Of a stretch of 44,946 nt of DNA, positions 35,943 through 44,946 are shown one piece after another (position 1 is the stretch's first letter; each line of letters begins with the position of its first letter). The DNA comes from Octopus bimaculoides. Lineage: Eukaryota. The translations under genes were made by a program, and so were the position numbers. The notes under the pieces are model-generated. The model was not told where the DNA came from and did no database searches. It was given only the letters and a program-made list of their open reading frames with translations. The stretch covers positions 28,446,853-28,491,798 of the forward strand of contig NC_068987.1 in the NCBI RefSeq assembly GCF_001194135.2. The letters run 5' to 3'.

Positions 35943-36374
35943 CACACACATACACACACACACACACGGAAATAAGCACGCACATACGCACATGAGCACG
36001 CATGCGCACATACACATCCACACACATACACACGTATATGCTAACTCACATATATCCATGAAATAGTTAATTCCATCACAACTGTAAGATTAAATCGTTC
36101 ATATACATCACGTTGAACATTTATGTTTTATATGAATATATATGCTCGTGTGCGCACACATACAAAGCGACGCACACACACACACACTCACACACACATA
36201 TATGTAAACATACACACATATAGATATGTATATACACACACACATATATATGGAAGGATACACATAAATATATACATATGCATGCATGTATATAAGCATG
36301 TTTATGTATATAGTATACGTACGTATTGGGATGAAAGAACGGAGCGAGTGTTAAGAACTACTTAATAATTCAAT

Positions 36375-36393
36375 ATATTATTACTATTATTAC

Positions 36394-36427
<34 letters not shown>
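36375..36427. repeat. (ATT)n array left of the R4-like element
   Basis: Seen directly; slightly interrupted by ACT units. Confidence 0.9.
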
Positions 36428-36430
<3 letters not shown>

Positions 36431-36567
36431 TAGTTTTATTTTTATAACGTGCTTTCACTTCACTACCGAGCGCAGCTCTGTGCGCCTTGGGTATGTGCTG
36501 TGGTTTGCTGTGGTGCCCTTATGTTTACTGTATTGAAAGTGTTTTGCGTAGAATGTGTGCAGTACCC
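36428..36567 (-). mobile_element. R4/Dong-like retrotransposon 3' end (last codons plus 3' UTR)
   Basis: Minus strand GGTACTGCACACATTCTACGCAAAACACTTTCAATACAGTAA = GTAHILRKTLSIQ*, the Q..LLGTA.ILR..L terminus of R4-clade ORFs. The ~100-nt 3' UTR runs directly into (TAA)n. Confidence 0.7.
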
Positions 36568-36946
36568 NNNNNNNNNNNNNNNNNNNNNNNNNNNNNNNNN
36601 NNNNNNNNNNNNNNNNNNNNNNNNNNNNNNNNNNNNNNNNNNNNNNNNNNNNNNNNNNNNNNNNNNNNNNNNNNNNNNNNNNNNNNNNNNNNNNNNNNNN
36701 NNNNNNNNNNNNNNNNNNNNNNNNNNNNNNNNNNNNNNNNNNNNNNNNNNNNNNNNNNNNNNNNNNNNNNNNNNNNNNNNNNNNNNNNNNNNNNNNNNNN
36801 NNNNNNNNNNNNNNNNNNNNNNNNNNNNNNNNNNNNNNNNNNNNNNNNNNNNNNNNNNNNNNNNNNNNNNNNNNNNNNNNNNNNNNNNNNNNNNNNNNNN
36901 NNNNNNNNNNNNNNNNNNNNNNNNNNNNNNNNNNNNNNNNNNNNNN

Positions 36947-37021
<75 letters not shown>
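36947..37021. repeat. (ATT)n array right of the gap
   Basis: Pure ATT run seen directly. Confidence 0.95.
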
Positions 37022-37022
<1 letters not shown>

Positions 37023-37929
37023 CTCAGGACAATTGCTAATATTTGGATATGAAAATACTATATTTATGGCACGAAAGACAAATATATTACAATGAGGATC
37101 TACCAGGGTGAGAATCTTATGTGGGATATTCAATACTAGACATGTCATCTAGCTACAACACTTACTCGCTACTTTCGTGATACAGAATTATTAAAAGGCT
37201 CACATTGAAAGATTAATTGGTGTTACGGTAACATATTTGGTTTCTTGTTATATTAAAACAAGACTTTTCGAAAAAGACCACCAGATCCCACAAATTTTTC
37301 CAGCATCTATTTTGCTAAGAGATCCTTCAAGATGTCACACCGCTGCACACACCTTAAGTGGGTGAAATGTGTGGAGTCACACAGTGTCCACAGTGTCCGG
37401 AGGCTTGGTAATGTTGTCGATATTTCATTTCAATATTTAGCCTTTATATATATTTTCGAATGTTCTGTCCAACATCCTTGTAATAAATGTGATATTCTAT
37501 CTCCTATTGAGCAGCATACATTCTCATGAGCTTTCCCGGTGTCATAGCCTCAGGACACAGTATCTTTCCATATGCTTCATAAAATCTGAAAAGGTAATTC
37601 CGTCTGCTGGGCAGAGTATCAAGCTACGATATGCTCTGAGATTCTCATTTGCTTAACGGCATCCATGTTTAACTGCTTGTATGAGACTGTGAAGCTAGTC
37701 ATAGCCGTAGATGTGTGAATGAATTGAGTTTCTCTCCAGGTTTTTCCTTCTTTTTTCAATGTAAATGTATGCAGAATAAGTGTTTTAGTAAAATTTGAAG
37801 GCAATGCAAAGAATTTTCGTTACTGTGTTATTGTTTTTATAGTATATCGTTGATCCATTTGTTATAGTGTACAAAATTAAGCCATCCACAAACATTTTGA
37901 TCTTTGTGACAATGACAAAGTTTTTAGTC

Positions 37930-38900
37930 CTGCATAGACTGACGTGACTTCACTGTGCAAGAGACACGATAAGTCAATCCGTCTCCAGAGACTATGTTAC
38001 AGATTTCTTTTCTGCCTATTTTTCGATTTTATTTTCAAATACACTTCAATATTTACGTTGCATCTGAGTTTCTGGCAGGAAAAAAGAAATTTGCTCTCTA
38101 GGTTTCATAGTTTTTTATATTTGCTATCATGTAAAATGTTTTCTACACATTCTACGATTGCGATGCAGGCATTTTTCTCAGCAGGTTTAAGTAAACTTCT
38201 GAATATTTCATCTTCCAATAACGTTCTGTGATAAAATCTATCAAAGATTGTTGCTTTCAATTAACCTTCACTTAGAGCAAGGAATTTTACACTTAGTTAT
38301 TTGAAGGAGACAGCTATGTTTTGTAAAACTTTAACAAATAGATTAATGAAAACTAGTTTGAAATAATGTACCAGAAGCAAAACGTTTTTTCTTATTTCTC
38401 GGATGCTAACAAAGTGTTTTTCAACGATGAAATGTTTTCTTTCTTGTAACATTTTCTCAACTTGTAACATCTTCTAGCTCGACCGCCCTAAATACCAAGC
38501 ACGTATTTATACCATACTCATACAAATGAATACATAAATACAAACTAATTAAAAATAACAAGGAAATTTATTGTAACATCTTTGCTGTCCAAGCAGTATG
38601 CAAATCACGCACAAATATCTACATGTCGTCCAAATGAAACCAAAATATTGGAACATTTTTAGTACCATTTTTGTCATTTTATGGTTGCCTTTTAAAAGTG
38701 ACAAGTTACTAATCAGTACTTTGCATGACCACTTTTATAAGGGACATTTTATCTGTTTTACAAGCATTCTTAGCTATCAATTTTCAGATGATACTGTATT
38801 TGTCTCAAGATCCTATATCGTACACCAGATGTCTATATTTATTCTTTGTCTTTTAGGTGAGGAGGCGAACAAAAGGCTCTGCGGCATTTTTTTCTGGCTC
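37930..38900 (-). mobile_element. Chapaev3-like (CMC) transposase remnant, heavily decayed
   Basis: Minus strand in order: KMFQYFGFIWTTC..LCVICILLGQQRCYNKFPCYF (cf. W..C.DLK...LLGQQ.GYTKYPCFLC), RKNVLLLVHYFKLVFINLFVKVL (cf. ILLPPLHIKLGLMK.FVKA), LSVKFLALSEG*LKATIF...RTLLEDEIF...AEKNACIAIVECVENIL...KLRCNVNIEVY (cf. KFP.LS.AK.KEGIF.GPQIR...GCNMSLKIH). Comparison motifs are from recall. Confidence 0.7.
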
Positions 38901-39261
38901 TTTATGGCCTGAGCTCAAAATCCATAGAGAACAGCTTTTCCTGTCATACTTTCGGGTTTGGTGAAATAAATACCTTTTGAGCCTTGGGGTTAATTTAATC
39001 GACTAGTTCCGCTCTCCCAATTTTTAGGTTTTGTGTCCATAGTACAAAAAATTATTAGTATTTTTTTCTGATTCATTTGACATAATCTAGCAACAGTAAA
39101 GTTGTGTATTAAAGGCTTTATGATAAGATAACTTGGCTGTTATTATTAAAAAGTATTGTTGATAACAATTCAATTTTAATGGAATTGAATCGTTAAAATG
39201 AAGAAATTATATCATTGGAAATTTTTCAAAATTACCGAAAATCACTTATTTCTTATAACTA

Positions 39262-40498
39262 CAGAATCGGCTGAAAAGTTCATAGGCTGATGAAGATACT
39301 TTCATTGAATGTTACTAAATTAGATTTATTTTTCAACATACTCCCCTTTGCATCCACACACTAATACCATCGGATTGCAACGCTTGGATTCCATTGCTGA
39401 AGTCGCTTTCATCCTGTTGGTCAAAAATACATTACCAGCAGATATGACATTCTCATCGCTGCGATACTGGTTCCTAGCCAAGTGATTTCTCGCTCTGAGG
39501 AACAAATGATAGTCAGATGGAGACAAATTAGGAGAATATAGAGGCTGATCAACCAATTCAAAGCCACAGTTAAGCAAATCAACCATTGAAACAAAGGTCT
39601 TGTGTGTTGGAGCATTGTCCTGATAAAACAAGACTGCTTTCATCCGTTTTCCTGATTGCTTAATCTTGATAGCCTTTTGTAACTGCCTCAGCAATATAGC
39701 ATATTACACTCCATTAATTATATGGCCCTTTTTAAGATAATCAATAAACACAATGCATTTTACATCCCCCAAAACACTAAGGCCATTACCTCTGCAGATG
39801 AATCGACCTTCACCTTCTTTGGAGCAGGTGAGGAGTGGTGTTTCCATTGCATGTACTCTCTCTTTGTCTCTGGCTCACAGTGATAAACTCAACACTCATC
39901 CTGAACCGGGAATATTCAAGGAAACCAACTGGATCTGCCTTAAAACAATATCACATTCTTCTGTGATAATATAATTAACCTGGTGCACTACTGATTAGGT
40001 GTCGGAAGACGAGGCACCCACCGAGCAGAATCATTCATCATACCAAGTTTATTGATTTATGGCCAATCTCCTGTTACCCATCACTATGTGGTGGATACGA
40101 TCAGTGCTTTTCTCAGTGGTGGCAGCTGCAGGACGTCCAAACTTTGGGTCAACTTATAAATTCTCCCTTCTCCTACTAAATGCAGCTGCCCACTTTTCAT
40201 CTGTTGAGAAACCTGGAGGACCATCCTCTAATGTAGCAATCGTATCAGCATGAAAGTCTTTGAGGACTAAACTATTGTTCTGCAGGTACTTGAGAACACC
40301 ACGATGCCAACTTTTATCCATTTTCAAGAGAAGTCGATTCGAGTTACACTTAAAGTCTTCTTTCAACTCTCATATATCAGTTTACCTGCAAAGAAACAAT
40401 GCATTTATTAATAAGATCTAAAATTAATGCACGCAAAATTTCACAGCTCTAACATCACTCCTTTATAGTCAGGCTATGTACTTTTCAACCCAACTTTG
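39262..40498 (-). mobile_element. Near full-length mariner (DD34D, irritans-like) with ~30-bp TIRs
   Basis: TIRs cagaatcggctgaaaagttcataggctga (39262-39290) and tcaggctatgtacttttcaacccaactttg (40469-40498); length about 1.24 kb. Confidence 0.88.
39326..40321 (-). pseudogene. Mariner transposase pseudogene
   Basis: MDKSWHRGVLKYLQ...KWAAAF, SARWVPRL, FYQDNAPTH, QPLYSPNLSPSDYHLF, ..GEYVEK*; contains frameshifts and stops. Confidence 0.88.
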
Positions 40499-41230
40499 AA
40501 GTCTATATGTATTAGCGACTAGAATTAACATATTCGATTTTAAAAAAATGAAACTGATGTCATAGTTGGAACTGGCCCCAAAATTTTAGTAAAATCTCAA
40601 GCATATTACGAAAGCAACATTTTTTCAGACGAGAAAAGTTGATACTCGTTGGTTGAGCGCAAACAGTATACACGGTTGCTGAACAAACTTCCTCGGCAAT
40701 GCAAACTAATTGCTCACAGCGCACAACAAAACATGCATTCACACACGCGCGCGCGAGTGCACGCATTCGCATATAAATTTANNNNNNNNNNNNNNNNNNN
40801 NNNNNNNNNNNNNNNNNNNNNNNNTATATATATATATATATACTGAAGGTATGTGTGAACATGTGCAAGTCTGTTATTTTCTTCCCTATATTTGTGGTCA
40901 AAACATAGTAAAAGATAATACATTAACTGACATGTTAGATCATTTAGTGGGAAAATAGATCCCGGCTTAAATTGCCGGAAACGCTTCGCAATATTGAGAT
41001 AGTGTTTTCATAGTTTCAAGCATGTGGAAAGTACGCCATCAATATTATGGAAATTATGAATGACCGTCTCCATTGACCCTTCTCTGGGCGCGAACTGGGA
41101 TGTTTGTGTTTGCGTAACACCAGCACTGTCTCAGATGTGTGGGTTTCGCTTTTATGTTGAATAACTTAATGTGTGATATAGCAAAAATAACATCGAGGAA
41201 GAATCATTTTAGTCATAACAAGGTACTCAC

Positions 41231-41290
41231 ATGAGATGTCAATTTGTTCGTCGCACTGCTGACCTGGTCATTAGCACTGCTACACTGCAA
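41231..41290 (-). other. Candidate 60-nt spliced exon of an unidentified host transcript
   Basis: Minus strand: branch-like cacTTAACt, then atgtttccaacAG | TTGCAG...TCTCAT | GTGAGT. One frame is open (LQCSSANDQVSSATNKLTSH); no recognised homology. Confidence 0.3.
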
Positions 41291-42538
41291 CTGTTGGAAA
41301 CATAGTTAAGTGGGGGTTATATATAGATCACAGTTTGTTTTCTGAAGAACGTACGGATATAAGTGTTATTTGACTCATTGACATTGGTTGTCGTTCATCA
41401 TATCTAGACTCCATTCAGTTGTCTGCTTATAACTTCTTTTTTACGTATCTTTATTCCCTTCCCTCCTGGCTTTTCGCTGTCGTTCTTTCTTCAAATCTTT
41501 CGTTTTGCCATATTTTTATTCTTATCTTTACTTGTCATAATGGTTCGCGTTTAATTCATGCATTCTCCGTCTGAAAAGTAAAAATAGAAGTTATTTTTGG
41601 TACACTTCTGTTGTGGTGCAAGTGTGATTTTATTCAAATGAATACATATAGGTGTGATTGTATTGATATTATATCTCTATTAGCATTTGCCCCTCCCTCT
41701 TTTTACACATTACAGTAAAAATAAAATTCAATGTATACGTCATGAACCTAAGTTTTATAGATTTTTCACACATTAAGAAATAAATGAAAATNNNNNNNNN
41801 NNNNNNNNNNNNNNNNNNNNNNNNNNNNNNNNNNNNNNNNNNNNNNNNNNNNNNNNNNNNNNNNNNNNNNNNNNNNNNNNNNNNNNNNNNNNNNNNNNNN
41901 NNNNNNNNNNNNNNNNNNNNNNNNNNNNNNNNNNNNNNNNNNNNNNNNNNNNNNNNNNNNNNNNNNNNNNNNNNNNNNNNNNNNNNNNNNNNNNNNNNNN
42001 NNNNNNNNNNNNNNNNNNNNNNNNNNNNNNNNNNNNNNNNNNNNNNNNNNNNNNNNNNNNNNNNNNNNNNNNNNNNNNNNNNNNNNNNNNNNNNNNNNNN
42101 NNNNNNNNNNNNNNNNNNNNNNNNNNNNNNNNNNNNNNNNNNNNNNNNNNNNNNNNNNNNNNNNNNNNNNNNNNNNNNNNNNNNNNNNNNNNNNNNNNNN
42201 NNNNNNNNNNNNNNNNNNNNNNNNNNNNNNNNNNNNNNNNNNNNNNNNNNNNNNNNNNNNNNNNNNNNNNNNNNNNNNNNNNNNNNNNNNNNNNNNNNNN
42301 NNNNNNNNNNNNNNNNNNNNNNNNNNNNNNNNNNNNNNNNNNNNNNNNNNNNNNNNNNNNNNNNNNNNNNNNNNNNNNNNNNNNNNNNNNNNNNNNNNNN
42401 NNNNNNNNNNNNNNNNNNNNNNNNNNNNNNNNNNNNNNNNNNNNNNNNNNNNNNNNNNATATATATACATATATATACATATATACGTAATTTATGCATG
42501 TACGTATGTATCTATGTATATACATACTTAAATACACG

Positions 42539-42574
<36 letters not shown>

Positions 42575-42795
42575 ATCTTGTCAAGGACGACTTTGTCTTT
42601 CATCTTTCCGTACTTAATAAAAACGTACTAGTAAATGACTTAGCTTTATTTAACGAACATTCTCTTCCTGAGAAATGCGTGGTCTTGTGACAATGTTAGA
42701 AATCACTATTTTAGTCATGATAATCAAGAAAGTGCTTCAGTAGGCAAGCAAAAATGAAACACAATAGCAGCATATATTTAAATGTACAGAGCTAA

Positions 42796-43180
42796 TGTCC
42801 GTATAAATATAAGACACCTCTCATTAAATATCTACTTAAAAGAACACTGTTAATATCCTCTAGCACCGAACATCATCTGAAAAAAGTAAAACGTTTTAAA
42901 CAAAATCTAATTAACAATGGATGTACTAACAAATTTGTAGATAAAAATCACATAAGATTTTACCAGAGAATAAATAACCCAAACACTCAAACACAAAATA
43001 CGAATTAGACAACAGATGCAAAATTTACTACAAAAACCAAATGAATAGACATCATAAAACCGATGAAAGAATATTAAGAATAATGATCAAAGAGATTGTA
43101 CATTGCACCAAATCTCATGAAATACCAAGCTTTGTTTTACACTATAAACATTGAAAAACTAAGGCACTGCTTTTCTAGTA
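42796..43180 (+). mobile_element. Penelope-like element fragment (Naiad-like thumb/linker), decayed
   Basis: CPYKYKTPLIKYLLKRTLLISSS...RFKQNLINNGCTNKFVD, then KIYYKNQMNRHHKTDERILRIMIKEIVHCT...VLHYK; resembles CP..YK..I...RA..Q.L.NNG.N and YY.NQM..YK.DE..L motifs (recall). Confidence 0.5.
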
Positions 43181-44345
43181 ACAAATATACTAACACCAAA
43201 AGAACTCAAACAATAATTAGCAGCTAACAATAAAGAAAACCTACAATACCTACAACACTCGAAGGGGTAGAACAGACCCTAGAGTAATAATACACAACGG
43301 TCAATATGACATGAATTTTCTCACAGGGTAAACAATGTACAACTATGCAGTGCTATATGTACTACAAAGAACTGATCTGCTCTGTAAAGTATTGTACATA
43401 TGATATGGTATTATATAGTATTATATCTAATATAATCCACAAATACATGGTACCTCCGTATAGTGCTATATGTAATAAATATTGTGTAAAGTATTATAGT
43501 ACCATATAGTACATATATACAATAGGCTCTTATGGAATTGGATGTTTATGGCAACGAAACTCAGGGAAACAATATCAGAAAACAAGGACTTTAGCTGTAT
43601 TTTAACGAATGATAACTAGGTTCCCCTTCCAAATTTTGTTTGAATTCATCTGTTTGCAAAGCAAAAAACATTTAAAAAGTTTAAGCTCTGCTTAATTGTT
43701 TCACTTTGCTCATTCTATTGTTTTAATATTGTGTGAAACCGAAAGTAAGCAAAACTATTATCCACACAGATTGAAGCCTCCGCGTGAGGAATTCGTTATT
43801 TCTTAAACAAAACACGTTCTACTCTGCATATAAAAAAAATTGGTTTACCACATGTGTTCCGTCGAAGTTGCTGCGTACTTAAGGTTGGTTATTTAATTTG
43901 AGACAAAACCAGCGGATTTTTTTGGTTTGCAAAAACAGTAAAATTGATAAATAAAAATTTAACTTTTCGTGAAAATCAGTGTATTGTCATTTATTTTCTT
44001 TTTAAAAATTATTCACTACAGCAAAGGCAAAGCCTGCGTGAAAGGACATTACTGCAAGAATAAAGATTCAAGTTACTTTTAAGAGAAAAGTGATGTTAAT
44101 TTAAGTGAAGCTTATGTAGAGGATAGATGGATCATACCTACAATATACTATTTTGCCAAAAAATATAAGGTCCAGCTATAAAGTGCCTCGGTGGCCGAAG
44201 ATCTGGGCAAGCTTAATAATTCTGTGCCTTGCGTACGAATGAGACGGAAAATTTATCACTTATGAGGACCATAGAAAAGCAATTATTTGATGACTCAGTT
44301 AATGAATTATTTCTTTGTAAAAAACTGTCTTCTAATGAGCTTCTT

Positions 44346-44527
44346 GAGAGAAAGAGAGAGAGAGACAGAGAGAGAGAGATAGAGAGAGAGAGAGAAAGAG
44401 AGACAGAGACAGAGACAGAGACAGAGACAGAGAGAAAGAGACAGAGAGACAGAGAGACAGAGAAAGAGAGAGACAGACAGAGAGACAGAGAAAGAGAGAG
44501 AGAGTGAGAAAGAAAGAGAGAGAGAAT
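44346..44527. repeat. (GA)n/(GAGACA)n purine tract
   Basis: Seen directly; explains ORFs 44213..44560. Confidence 0.95.
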
Positions 44528-44789
44528 CCTAGAGAAGCCTAATAACTGACTCAAAGACAATCGTATTAATGGAAGTGAGGGTACGTTCTAAACTCATATC
44601 TTTAAAAAGTTTTCGATTGGTGACAGTGTTCTAATGCATACTGAAGCCGCTGCAAATCAAAGTCACTGCAAATAAATATACTGTAGAGGTTTCAAGACCA
44701 TCAACAAGAAAACGCTTTTCCATGAGCTTCAAATCGAAGGTATGAGTTATTACGAATATTTTTTCCTTGCCGCGTTCTCCAGTACGTTT

Positions 44790-44946
44790 GCGGAGGCGCA
44801 GCGGGGTAACAGAGCCACCATCCGGTCTCTGGTAGACGAACAGGGGCGCGAATTGCTCGAGCCGAGCAAGATGTGCGAGGCGTTTCAGCGGCATTTTGCC
44901 CGACTGTTCGGGAGGAGTGGCGAGCGAGAAGGCAGGGTGGACTTTA
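44790..44946 (+). mobile_element. L1/Tx1-like LINE ORF2 fragment (EN-RT linker), running off the window end
   Basis: Abrupt switch to GC-rich sequence; stop-free AEAQRGNRATIRSLVDEQGRELLEPSKMCEAFQRHFARLFGRSGEREGRVDF resembles the I.SL...G....I...F..HF..LF linker of L1/Tx1 ORF2. Confidence 0.55.

Noticed and set aside
37540-37804. Minus-strand near-open frames next to the Chapaev3 remnant
   Set aside because: Could not be matched to any transposase or host motif.
44010-44330. Plus-strand frame with few stops (KGKACVKGHYC...EDRWIIP...)
   Set aside because: Interrupted by stops and no recognisable homology.
27-44560. Most ORFs in the supplied track (poly-YI, HT, CV, E/K/R, SL and X-filled)
   Set aside because: They are translations of microsatellites or N-gaps, not genes.
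1-44946. CRISPR arrays, rRNA, bona fide tRNA genes, prokaryotic operons
   Set aside because: None seen; the tRNA-like A/B boxes belong to SINE heads and the DNA is eukaryotic.

Overview
AT-rich, microsatellite-dense, gappy eukaryotic DNA from a short-read scaffold. Most N-gaps border simple repeats, and one contig edge retains an Illumina adapter remnant. The repeat types suggest an Octopus-type cephalopod (inference). No intact host protein-coding gene is visible; almost all ORFs in the supplied track are microsatellite or N-gap artefacts. The window is mostly decayed mobile elements: CR1-group LINE 3' ends, two R4/Dong-like RLE retrotransposon ends (one inside a (TAA)n array), an L1/Tx1-like fragment, fragments of three Penelope-like (PLE) lineages, tRNA-derived SINEs, three mariner copies, two maT/DD37D copies and a Chapaev3-like remnant. 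The most notable structure is at 18934-19925. It is an ORF-less repeat of about 350 nt, present as a tandem pair on the minus strand joined head-to-head to a partial tandem pair on the plus strand. Three of the four units carry a complete type I hammerhead ribozyme fold and the fourth a 3' half. Each copy is mutated at different core positions, but the consensus is canonical, which suggests a retrozyme or PLE pseudo-LTR. A mariner derivative whose 3' half is replaced by an inverted copy of its own 5' end (13054-13946) is also notable. All family assignments come from manual translation and motif recall, not database searches.
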